Below, piece by piece: positions 1-11,300 of a stretch of DNA of 64,000 bases. Made by a program: the position numbers and the translations under genes. The first letter of the stretch is position 1. Every line of letters starts with the position of its first letter. Origin of the DNA: Antedon mediterranea (taxonomy: Eukaryota > Animalia > Echinodermata). The notes beneath the pieces are model-generated. The model did no database searches. It saw only the letters and a list, made by a program, of their open reading frames with translations, and was not told the DNA's origin. The stretch covers positions 15,224,912 through 15,288,911 of the forward strand of contig NC_092675.1 in assembly GCF_964355755.1 (NCBI RefSeq), given 5' to 3'.

Positions 1-309
1 TAGAAGTAGAGAATGCTCGATCGTCAATTAATGACGCTCTGAGCTTCCTCTTTCCGATCTCGTAAATTTTATGTTTGGCGCCCTCAATTTTAAGAACACC
101 TAAGTTATGTCAGAAAATTAGGAACAAATAAATAGAAATGTGTAAAGATGCCGATGCCAGGCCTGACTATTGCATTCTCTCTATTTATTTAAAAACATAT
201 TATGTAATAAATAATGTTCACAATTTGTTGTGAATTTTTAACTTTGAACAAACGAAAAGGATTTCAAACCATGTACTACCTTTTACTGTGTTTGAGCATG
301 AATAAATTA

Positions 310-3300
310 TATCATTATTATTATATCAATATTTATAAAGCGTCAACTCAAAGACCGAGGTACAAAATCAAAGGCGCTGGGCATGTTAGTGGTCGAAAAA
401 AGTTTTTGAGCAATGTTTTAAATAAGGCAACAGAAGAGCAGTGTTTAATTTGTGGGGGGGGGGGGAGGGAGTGAATTCCAGAGTGTGGGTGCTGCAAAAG
501 AAAACGATCTATGACCAAAGGTTTTAGTGGCTATGCGTGGAACAGAAAGTAAAAAATCATCAGATGATCTAAGTGTCCGTCCAGGAACATAAAAGGTGAT
601 TAATTGACGGATGTAAGCAGGTTGGTTGAAAAGAAGTGCTTTAAAAGTAAGGAGCAAGATTTTAAATTTGATTCGATTGTCAATGGGGAGCCAGTGAAGT
701 TCTCGAAGAACAGGTGAAATGTGAGAGCGACGGTTAGTGAACGTAATGATACGAGCAGCCGAGTTCTGTAGTCGTTGAAGACGATTAATTTGAAAATACG
801 GAAGGGCATAGAACAGAGAATTGCAATAAATAATAATAATAACTTTATTGAACATACGCCTTTAAAAATCGGCGGCACACGTTCTTCTAATAAACAATAT
901 ATATATACAATATAACGTTCTTACATATATTACATACATTATGTTAGCCTGAAGGCTAAATAAAAGTATAAAGAGAAAATAAAAGAAAAAAGATTTAAAT
1001 TAAAGAAAACGGATTGTACAAAAAGAAACTAAAGAGCAAAAAGTACAATACTTAACTTTGATGGAGTGTTTGGAGTCAATGTTTTTAATATGTTATTTTT
1101 AAAGAAAATATTATTAGACCTATTATTAAAAATGTCATTTAATTTAAATATTATATTGTTTATTATTATTTTATTATTTATGTTCTGTATATCATTTAAT
1201 TATGTTATGAGTTATGATCTTTATTTGTTATTTAGTTAAAGTAGTATTATTTTTATTATTATTTCGATTTTCCTAATTTTAATATTTAATCTTATTTTTA
1301 GTGTTTTATTAACCATTATACCTCAAATTATAATCCTGATTTTGTAAATTTTAAAGTCTCCATGCAGCAGTTAAGTGTTGTTTACAATGATGATACAAAA
1401 TACAGATATAAATAAAAGGCCTAAAATGAACAGAAATTACATTTGCAAAATTAACAAATTACATTATAAAGTTAAACATAAGAAATAAATGAATGACAAG
1501 GCATTTTAAAATCAACTGATACAAAAAAAAAACCACAACAACAGAAATTTACACTATGCAAGTCTTACTCTGCAATACAGAACGGAAATCTGGTACAATC
1601 TCTAGATCTATTAATTGATAATTGCGGAGCGCTTTTTCCATGCTCTTTTGGCATATATTTTGCAAAATTTATCAAGTATTAGATGGGTTTCTTTACTGAA
1701 CACATGATAGTCACTTCCAAGTGTTTATGAATAAGTCCCAAATATGATTAAGGTTAGAAGATTGCAATTGTAGTTTTAATCTCATGGTTTCTTCTTTTCT
1801 AATGTCGTCGTAAGCAGGACATTCAAATAGGAAGTGTGTTACGTTTTCTATACGTTTCATATTGCAAAGACTACATAAACCATCACTTTCAGGTAGCCAA
1901 TTGTATTAATTAAGACGAGAGGAGATAAAACCATGAATGATAGAGGATGTGGAGCGTATCGAAAGAAAACGTCGAATGTGTGCAATATTGCGAAGATAAA
2001 AGTTTACTGATTTAGTAATATAACTGATGTGTGCTTGCATGTTTAGAGATTCGTACGAATATGATTAGTACAGAAAATGATGTATTCAGATTTAATTATC
2101 GTTTAATTTAAGGAGAGTGGTCGAAAGCCAGGTATGGATGTCTTTAAGGCAATTTTCAAGGCGTTCAATAACAATAAGTAGATTATGGGGATCAAAAGGA
2201 ATATACAACTGAATATCATCAGTGTAGAAATGATAAGAGATGTTGTGACGTTTGATAATTTGGGATAAAGGAGATATGTATAAAGAGAAAAGAATCGGAC
2301 CAAGGATGGATCCTTGAGGGACTCCGCATTCCATATATTTAGGCGACGATCTAACACCATTTATTTCAATGAATTGTGTACGGTTTTGAAGATATAAAAT
2401 AAACCAGTTCAAAACAAAGCCAGAAATGCCAAAATAAGAATGAAGACGATCAAGAAGTATTTGGTGGTCAACTGTCCGAAGGCAGCAGACAGGTCAAGCA
2501 TTACAAGGGCAACTGCTTACTTACTGTCCATAGCAACTGTTATGTCATTTAGTATCCTAAGAAGAGCTGTTTCAGTACAGTGACCCTCTTTATATGCTGA
2601 TTGGAAAGGGTCTAACAAATTAAAATGAATAAGGTATGACATTAACTGTGTGGAGACAACTTTCTCAATTAATTTGGCATGGAAAGGTAAATTTGAGATA
2701 GGTCTAACATTTTGGAATTGTTCCTGGTCAAGTGATAGTTTTTTTAAGATGGGGATTTTAGCTGGTCGGGAAAAATATCAGTGGTGGACAAGGACAAATT
2801 AATAAGGGAAGAAAGTATGGTGGCAAAAGCCTCTTTACAAGTCTTCAGAAGTGGAGTGGGAATGGGGTCAAGAGAGCAAGACGCCGAAGATGAGGAGGAC
2901 ATTAGCTTAGCAATCTCAATAGGGTCAACCCAGTCAAATGAGCAGAGAGTAGCAGTGTTAGTGGTGGTTATGTTAGTAACGACAGCATGGTCAGTGGGGG
3001 TTTGGGATAGATTAGTGCGAATAGCAGCAATCTTGTTATGGAAAAAATCAGAAAATTGTTCGGCCAGATGGAAAATATTAGAATTACTCGGAAAGACTTG
3101 TTTAAAAATACCTTTAAAAAATGTATCAATAATATTAAATAATTTCCTAAGATCACCATTACAGTTATCAATTTTAGAAGAGATGAATTTTGATTTAGCA
3201 TTACGTAATTTAGCATTAAACTTTCGTTGTTGGTTAGCAAACTTATCCTTATCAGAAAAAGATTTTGTTTTACGCCACTGACGTTCAAGTTTGCGTAATA

Positions 3301-3618
3301 ATTGTTGCTCTGAGATTGTTATTATACCATGGTTTGTTTTTACTTCTTTCTCGGATACGAATTTCTTTTTTCAGGAGCAAACAAATCAAGAATACAGATA
3401 AAGTTGCTATTAATTAATGAGTTAAGCTGACTAACTGATAGTAACGATCTATTTTGTTCAATACCATTTTCAAAATCCTTAACTCATTTACAGAAATGTA
3501 ACTTATCAATGGACCTAATGTCACGACGCCTTAAATGCGCTGTGCAGGTGGTTCATTTTTTCCTTTGACTGTTCGGTCTACATTAACTTTACACTCAACG
3601 ACACAGTGATCACTAAAC
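310..3618 (-). mobile_element. Decayed, 5'-truncated L2-clade LINE (end of APE, RT, C-terminus, 3' tail), interrupted by a nested insertion at about 830-1907
   Basis: Minus-strand fragments: SDH APE motif near 3605; [18 protein letters not shown]...YTDD (2092-2412); C-terminus RLQRLQNSAARII...LHWLP...GHRSFSFAAPTLWNSLP (445-855). L2-type tail gacgctttataaat plus (AAT)n near 310-345. Many frameshifts. Confidence 0.88.
830..1907 (-). mobile_element. 5'-truncated 3' end of a second non-LTR retrotransposon (CCHC zinc finger plus 3' UTR) inserted in the L2 RT
   Basis: Minus strand reads GLCSLCNMKRIENVTHFLFECPAYDDIRKE (about 1795-1890) and ends in aataaag plus (TTA)n at about 830-850. The host frame SRLN|YCNSL is split exactly here. 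Confidence 0.7.
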
Positions 3619-3621
3619 AAA

Positions 3622-4338
3622 CAAGGCCATATAAATGGCTGCAGTCGCGTGCTTAGTGTTTACCGACCGACCGACCGACCAACCTACCAACTGACCGAAA
3701 TTACTGAACATGTTTAAAAATGTTGAAATGTTTAAAAACAGTTATATTTTTTTAATTTACACGTGCGTAGCCTGTCACTTTTGACGTGCTCGTATAACGT
3801 AATTTCGAGTTGAAAAGTAATTCAAGAAAACAGAAATCGGGCAAAAAGAGTGCGCAATAACATTTAACGCGCAGTGCGCGCGCAAAAATCTGCGCACTCA
3901 TGGCAATTTTGTAAACGCTTAAAATTGCCTGAAACGTACTCTTATTTCATCGAAAATAAATTTTGAAAATGTTAAGCACGCGTACGCATGCGTTACATGC
4001 GCTACGCACGTAATTGTATTGCCATATGATGATTTATGCCCTGAAATTTATGAGTACCAAATTTTATTTAATTGTGATTCATGGTTGTGAAGATATGATT
4101 ACAAACGTGATTTCGTTAAATCGTGCGTAGACCGCGTAATTTTTTATTGCGCACCGTGAAAACATAACCACATCGATTCCTGGCCATAAGGAATATACTG
4201 TGAAAAATTGACTTAGCTAGATTAAACTGATATCAAGATAAGGTCAGAAAGCGATAAAACGCATAGTGATACCGGACCGACAGACAGACCGACAGACCGA
4301 CCGACATAGTGAACTATAGAGTCGCTTCCACGCGACTA
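3622..4338 (-). mobile_element. Helentron-associated non-autonomous element (DINE-1/HINE type)
   Basis: 5' hairpin agtcgcgtggaagcgact followed by a (GTCG/GTCT)n microsatellite. The 3' end has the IR cacgcgact, the hairpin gccat-ttat-atggc and CTTG, in a T-rich site. The core at about 3757-4243 recurs at about 42231-42752. Confidence 0.7.
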
Positions 4339-4425
4339 AAAACCAAGATTATTAACTCAAATATGCGAGTATTACAATCAGAAATTATAAGATCAGGTAG
4401 GTTCCCAGACCTATGAGTAGGATTA

Positions 4426-4826
4426 GTGGGAAAGATGGTATTGTTAGTCATTGCGATCAACACGCCACACTGTTGAATGTTGATGTTGTTGATCTTTACA
4501 TTAGAAGATTATTCAAATCTTGTAAAAAAACAATTTCTTCGGACAGGAACCTAGCAGATCCCCTCATTTAGTTTGAAAGTAATCTCGAAAAGAAGTAAAT
4601 CTGGAAAAGAAGCCCGCCCAAGAATATTAAAAAATGAAGGAGCAAATTTGGCTTCAATTGGCCTTAGTGCTGAGGTGGGCCGGAAGAGCACACGATAACA
4701 TCTTTTATTTTTCTGTGGCTTTCGCCACTCGATTTTTGATATTGTAAATGTTATATTATAGCACAAAAATCTAAATTTCGGTGTGGCGTGTTGACCGCGA
4801 ATGACTAACAATACCATCTTTCCCAC
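4426..4826. mobile_element. MITE with about 45-bp TIRs, flanked by TA
   Basis: gtgggaaagatggtattgttagtcatt...caacacgccacac at 4426-4470 and its reverse complement at 4781-4826; TA on both sides. Confidence 0.65.
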
Positions 4827-5099
4827 TACACCTGCACAAACTCATTTGCATAACAACGCCGACATACCAACAAGGAGATATAAATTCTTTTCTAAACACG
4901 TAAAGAAGAGAATAATAATTCCTTTTTTTCTCACATTGAATTGATTGGTGGTCAACACGCCACACTGAAGAATTTGATGTTGTTATTAATCTTTTACATT
5001 TATTATCCTACATTAACTTGACTCTCTAAATATCTCTCTTTCAAATAAAAAAAACCCATTTTATAATTATTTAAAAAAATGCATATTTAAAAAAATGCA

Positions 5100-5540
5100 T
5101 ACAGACTCGAACCCCAGCTAGTATAGCTGAGAGAATCCAATCGATAGAGTACTAGAGCAGATTTGATTTTTCGCATTTTAAAATTTTAAACACGCGTGCG
5201 CGCCTAATTTTGCGCGCAACACTCCATTTTTACTCTATATTTGACCCTTGATATGAATTATCATTTTCTTAAGTTTCAATAACAAATGTTTTTTGGTTCT
5301 GAATTTAAGATAAATTAAAAAAAATTATATAATCACGCGTATGTTACGCTGTGCAACTTGGACAGCACCGAAAACCTAATTACGACATCTTCAGAAAGGT
5401 CCAGGTCAATCTTATGATATAGTAATAATACAATGTTATGTTGAGATGATTGGGAGATACACGCACAACAAAATTCGTGGAAAGAAAGAAAAAGATCCTG
5501 ACAATAACAAGGGGTTATCCGCGAAGTGTGGATAACCAAC
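5100..5540 (-). mobile_element. Fragment of a Helentron-type element (5' end)
   Basis: Hairpin ggttatccgc-gaagt-gtggataacc at about 5513-5537, followed on the minus strand by a (TTC/TTTC) tract. The CGCG-rich core resembles the elements at 30453-33598. Confidence 0.5.
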
Positions 5541-5699
5541 GCGATTATGTCGGTCGGTTGGTCGGTAAACACAGTTTCAGCCCCAGGTCCTCCTAGAGAC
5601 TCTAATATTTCCGGCCATCGAGCAGCTCTTTTTTTCAAATTTTTTGTGACATTTGGTGCGGTGGTTGTTTGGTGACATATTTGCAATTACCATTTTCGC

Positions 5700-5855
5700 A
5701 CCTCAGATATTTTTCCCAATCTGGCATTATTTTAGACCAACACAGCAGGCGCGCTCTAACAACTACTAGTACTACACTACTTGGCGCAGAGAGCCGCGAC
5801 TACGGCATAATTTAAATTTTATCGCTGGCAACACTGGTGGTGCGAACCGAGGAAA
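5700..5855 (+). promoter_or_regulatory. Probable promoter/5' UTR of the alpha-mannosidase gene
   Basis: Locally CpG-richer sequence (gcgcagagagccgcgactacggc) directly upstream of the predicted start codon, which lies in an aaaATGg context. The TSS cannot be determined. Confidence 0.35.
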
Positions 5856-5948
5856 ATGGATAGGCGTAATGTAGTACGGTCATTTTATTTTACCTTCTTA
5901 AACGTAGTTTTTCAACTTCCTTCTGTTCTGACATTATGTGGATACGAT
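5856..5948 (+). CDS. MAN2B1: Lysosomal alpha-mannosidase, coding exon 1 (signal peptide)
   Basis: Encodes MDRRNVVRSFYFTFLNVVFQLPSVLTLCGYD and is followed by a perfect GTAAGT donor at 5949. Phase 0 joins exon 2 to give CGYD|ACNP, the N-terminal CGYxxC motif of animal lysosomal alpha-mannosidases. Confidence 0.8.
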
Positions 5949-6034
5949 GTAAGTTCTATTGATTTAGTTTGGTGTACATTAACCCTATAGCCCAAATTAT
6001 ATGCCTAATAAATAGGGCCTCCAAGGCTAGGCCT

Positions 6035-6175
6035 GGTTATCAGACGATCGGGACCACAGACGATCGGGCCCACTTCAAGACGATCGGGCCCAAATCGTGA
6101 GACAATCGGGCCCATCAAGAAAGACGATCGGGACCAGAGACGATCGGGCCCAATGAATAAGACGATCGGGCCCAA
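6035..6175 (+). repeat. Short tandem array of agacgatcgggccca, probably one end of a DNA transposon with repetitive TIRs
   Basis: About 7 copies of gacgatcggg(a/c)cc spaced 16-23 bp apart; no partner end seen. Confidence 0.6.
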
Positions 6176-6514
6176 AACATTCTCGGAAAATTAAAAAATA
6201 ATTATTCGATTTAACTATTAAAGTCAGAAAAATATGAAAATATGTAGGCCTACCTAGGGAGCCGAGTATGGTCGAAGCGGCCGCCAGTTTAATATCGTAA
6301 TTTGTATAGAACGCCATGTGCGCTTTAATATTTGATTGTCGTTGTCAACGCCGCCTATATGGTGAATTGAGTTACAGCTGTATGATGTATGGTCAAACCA
6401 ATAAATATAAGCCAAATCATGTACTATCGAATCTTTATATTTCTATAATATTAAATTAAGTTTGCCTGGGCTGCCGATAAATCAATGTATATTTTATTTG
6501 TATTTTAATATTAA

Positions 6515-7140
6515 AGACCCCTTCCCTGCAATTTTGGACGTTTTTTGGAAAATAATACATATATATCACTTTAAAAACATTAAACCATGTCATTCCTTGT
6601 CTTAAATGTACGTTTTATGGTAAATTATGATAAAAAGTGAGAAACAATGCACTACCTAAGTAGCTCGCGGCGATCAACCTCTCGTGGACGGTCTTAGGCC
6701 TAGCCTAGCTAGGCTTAGTTTTGTAGGCCTAGCTGGTAAACATCGGTAACGTACGAACATCGTACGCTACCTATATACCTAGCCTGGCGTTGTATAGTTG
6801 CTGCATTAATTGTCTTTCTATTTTTGCCAGACTCCGTTGATACAAATTAGGGAAAACCGGGTATTTTCGCTGAAAAGTTAGGAGTCTTCCATTTGTTTTG
6901 GCCTCACGATCGATCGAAAAGTGGGCGAATTACAGGTGAAAAACAAAAATATCAATCCGCGCGCAATGCATTTTGGGATTTATAGCGGGCCGCTATAATT
7001 ATTAGAATCGACTTATTTTTCACATTTTTAACCGTTTAAAGACGAAAAAAGTTATCGCAATAGGACCATATAGTATTATTTTTACATTAAATATAGTTTG
7101 TGATCTTAAATTAGATCTAAAAAACGTAGGGAATGGGGCT
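6515..7140 (+). mobile_element. Non-autonomous Kolobok-like DNA transposon, copy 1 (626 bp)
   Basis: TTAA at 6511-6514 and 7141-7144; termini AG...CT with imperfect TIRs (agaccccttccct / agggaatggggct); near-identical inverted copy at 21055-21680. Confidence 0.82.
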
Positions 7141-7390
7141 TTAACTAACTAAATAATGATAGTCTTATAGAGATATATAAGAGAGGGCACGCGGGTCGGA
7201 CGTGTATTCGAATTCGTCTGAAGACTGTTTCTGAAAATCCGCTAAAATCTACAATACAATCTATTATAGAGTTAGCATCGAAGTTCTGTTTAATTGTTTA
7301 AACATTAAACTAAATACTTCGCGAACCATTGAACCAGATATATATCATTTTCTTTAGTTGGACTACTGCTAGGCCTAGGCCTATCTAAAT

Positions 7391-8311
7391 ATGAATAAAA
7401 AAAGGTCCAACGAGGCTTCTCTTCTGCCTGATGCAGGTGTTTCGGCCGATCCCAGCAGTAGCGAAAGTGGGCCTAAGGTAAAATGTAGAACATGTGAAGA
7501 CACGGTAAATGAAGGGGACAAAGCATTAATGTGTGAAATCTGTAATGTTTGGGTCCATTTAAGCTGTACAAAGTCGATGTCCGCTAAAGAATACAATGTT
7601 TTACAAAAGGGAAATAAAAATCTAATTTGGATGTGTGATGGATGTGTGGAAGCACAGATGGGCCTGGGTAGGGGTAGCCCTAGCAAAGAATCTTTGGGAA
7701 CTGGATTGTCTGGTGTTAGGAAAGCAGTATCAACAATAATGCTCAAATTGGATAGCTTGGCTTCTGCAGTTGATATTATTAATAAAAAAGAAGAAGTTAG
7801 AAAAGTTGAAATAGAAAAATTAATTGAGGAGAAGGTCCAGATTGTGGTGCGAGAACATCCAGAAAGGGATAAGAGAGTTAATAATTTGATCTTTAAAGGA
7901 GTCCCTGAGGCTCCAGTTGGTGTTTCCCAAGAGGAAAAATCTAGTCATGACCAGGATAAAATAAATTGTATTCTTGATAAATTAAGACTTCAACCAAGCG
8001 AAATGCATATTTCAAGAATAACACCCAAGGACGTGTCTGGTCAGAATAAAAATATCAGAAGGTCAAGAATGATAAGAGTGTGGTGTAAGGAAATAGCAAC
8101 TAAAAGAGAAATTCTATCAAGAGCTAAAAATCATAAGAAACTAGAAGGATGGGAAAACAATGTATATATTTCACCGGATTTAACATTCCAACAAAGAGAA
8201 ACCAATAGAAAGCTGAGAGTAGAGTTGCAGGAGCGAATTAGTGCAGGTGAACCTAATCTATTTATCTCCAGGGGTAAAATTATACAAAGACCCCAAGAAA
8301 ATTTTTGCTGA
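7391..8311 (+). CDS. CR1 ORF1 protein (PHD finger, coiled coil, RRM/CTD-like), open reading frame intact
   Basis: 306 aa; PHD CRTC...CEICNVWVHLSC...WMCDGC; motifs NNLIFKGVPE and YISPDLTFQQR typical of CR1 ORF1. Confidence 0.85.
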   Translation: MNKKRSNEASLLPDAGVSADPSSSESGPKVKCRTCEDTVNEGDKALMCEICNVWVHLSCTKSMSAKEYNVLQKGNKNLIWMCDGCVEAQMGLGRGSPSKESLGTGLSGVRKAVSTIMLKLDSLASAVDIINKKEEVRKVEIEKLIEEKVQIVVREHPERDKRVNNLIFKGVPEAPVGVSQEEKSSHDQDKINCILDKLRLQPSEMHISRITPKDVSGQNKNIRRSRMIRVWCKEIATKREILSRAKNHKKLEGWENNVYISPDLTFQQRETNRKLRVELQERISAGEPNLFISRGKIIQRPQENFC

Positions 8312-8333
8312 TCCTGTAAATGCAAATTATACA

Positions 8334-11300
8334 ATGGAAGAAGAAAACATTAATTTTAGAAGTAATTTATTTGATGGTGCAAGAGACCCTGACTGTTTTG
8401 AAAAAAATTCTATTAAGGTCGTATATTCTAACGTTGACTCGTTTTTAAGTAAAAAGAATGAGACGGAGATTTTGATTTCAATTAATAAACCAAGTATAAT
8501 TATGTTGACTGAGATATTCCCAAAGAATCCAAGTAAGAAGAAGAATTTAATACAGGAGATTGATTTAAAATTGGATGGATATCAAGTATTTTTTTCCACA
8601 AATTTTGACGGTAGAGGTGTTGCCATTTATTTAAAAGAAGATTTATGTGGATATGTGACAGAATCATCCAGTGGAGATATTGGAGATATTATTTATGTGA
8701 AACTTTCATTGAAAAACAATGATTCCTTACTTTTAGTTTGTGCGTATAGGAGCCCTAGTAATAGACAGGAGCAGAACGTTTTATTTTTGGATAAGTTGAG
8801 TAATATATGCTGCAATAACTTTTCACATTTATTAATAACTGGTGATTTTAATTTTGGTAGCATTGATTGGATTAATCAAGCATCAGGATACTCTGATAGT
8901 CATGATGGAACAAATTTTATGAACTGGGTTCAGGATCATTTTTACTTTCAACATACACAAGCAACTAGATTTAGAGATGGACAGAATCCTAGTCTTTTAG
9001 ACTTAGTTGTTACAAATGAAGAGGACATGATCGATGACATTTGTTACAGTGCACCACTTGGTAAAAGCGATCACGCAGTATTAACATTTAAATTTGATTG
9101 TTACATTGAGTCGCAAGACAATATCTTGTTAAAACCAAATTATCATTACGGTGATTATGTTCAAATAAATGAAGAACTAAAAAAGATTGATTGGAAGGGG
9201 AAATTTGAAAATGGTGGAACAGAAGAGTGTTGGAATTTGTTTAGTGAAATTATTGCAGAAACTAGTGGACGACACATTCCCAAGGCAAAAAAGGGGGACA
9301 ACAGTAAGGTCAAAGAGCCTCTTTGGATAAACAAGGGTATGAAGAAAATGATAAAGCTTAAAAGAAAAGCATGGTTTAAGTATAACCATTGTCCAAGCAG
9401 ATCTAATAAAGCAAAATTTAAAGATTCTAGAAATAAAGTAACATCCATGAAAAGGAAGGCCATTTGGAACTTTGAAAAAATGATTGCTTCCGAAATAAAA
9501 CAGAAACCCAAATCATTCTGGCGATATGTAACTCCAAAACCAAAGTTAAAGCGAGACTACCATCCCTGAAAGATGTGAACAATGTGGCACACAGTGATGA
9601 TCAGTCCAAGACTGAGATACTTAATACTTTTTTCTCTACAGTTTTTGTAAGGGAAGATATTGATAACGTACCAGAGTTTCAAAGAAGAGTTTTTGATACA
9701 GTTTGTTCTGAAGTTGAAATATCACCCCAAATCGTTGAAAAATATTTAAAGAAGTTAAATGTGACTAAGAGTCCAGGACCTGATGGTATTCACCCTATGA
9801 TTTTAAGAGAGTGCAGAGCTTATATTTCTGAGCCGCTAAGTAAAATTTTTTCTAATTCATTGAAAGAAGGTATTGTTCCTCGGAATTGGAAAGAAGCTCA
9901 TATTGTACCTATTTTTAAAAAAGGAAGCAGGGTGGAAGTAAATAATTATCGGCCTGTTAGCTTGACTGCTGTTTGTTGTAAAGTTATGGAAAGCATTATT
10001 AGAGATTCTTTAATTAAGCATTTTGTCAACAATAACTTATTATCGGAACATCAACATGGCTTTAGGTCCGGTAGATCCACAACAACGCAACTATTAGAGA
10101 TAGTAGAACATTGGTCTAAGCTTTTAGATGATGGGCGTGATATTGATGTGGTATATTTGGACTTCCAAAAGGCCTTCGATTCTGTACCTCATATGAGACT
10201 GTTAAGGAAGGTTGAAGCTTATGGTATCTCCGCTAACGTCTATAATTGGATTCAAGACTTCTTAAAAGGTAGAAGACAACGAGTAATGTTAAATGGGATT
10301 CTGTCGAAATGGTCGGATGTGATAAGTGGTGTTCCGCAAGGAAGTGTGCTTGGTCCGATTTTATTCTTACTCTTTATCAATGACTTGCCTGAAGTTGCAG
10401 TATCAGAAGTTAAGATGTTCGCTGATGATACTAAAGTTTATGATTATGGGGAATCCAAAGAAAAATTGCAGATCTCACTTGATAATATGTTTAATTGGTC
10501 GACCAGATGGTAACTACCTTTCAATGCCAACAAGTGCAAGATGTTGTATATGGGGAAAACAAATGAGAAGAATGAGTATTTTGTAAATGTACAAGATAAA
10601 GTTAAAATTGAAGAGACTGCTATAGAAAAGGATCTCGGAGTATACTTTGATCATAAATTGAACTTTGATTATCATATGTGTACAGCCACATCAAAACCAG
10701 GCGCTTGTCGCTAGATAGGGATTTGTGTAAAATGCATTTGAATGATTTTGACCATTTTGTTTTTTTACCATTATCTGATAGGAAATTTACCGTAGATTTC
10801 AAAAATATATATCTTATTAACTAATTCAAATGGAAAGGTGGTAAAAATTACATAAATCTGAGCCTCTATCCTCGTGTTTCGATTGAAAGAACGTGGTAAT
10901 TCGTTATAAAAAAGCAGTTATTTTCGTCATTCCTACGCCGTAATTTTGTAGATAACCCCTGAAAGCTTGGTATCATTCGATAGGTATTTTGTTCATGAAT
11001 CTAAAAATAAATGAGTGATGTCACAGATTGTACGATATAGACCAATAAAAACCGATTTTATAGAACCCTTTAGTGTAAACAAAAACGGCCTTGTTGCTAC
11101 GAAAACGCTGAAAGAAGCGATGTGATTGGTTTAATTTTGTCACATGACCCATCCAGCATGGAAAATTCCAGGTCAACAAAATCTTATCGCTAGTACACGC
11201 TTGTCGAGAAAAATATATTTTTTATAGTTCATCTAAGTACTGTACACAGTAATACTAAAGTGACGTGTACTGACTCAGACTTGATAACAATAAGTTATAA

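Noticed and set aside
2781-3281. 166-aa plus-strand ORF, and similarly 7381-7746, 9161-9511 and 22378-22801
   Set aside because: These are antisense shadows of LINE or Gypsy coding sequence.
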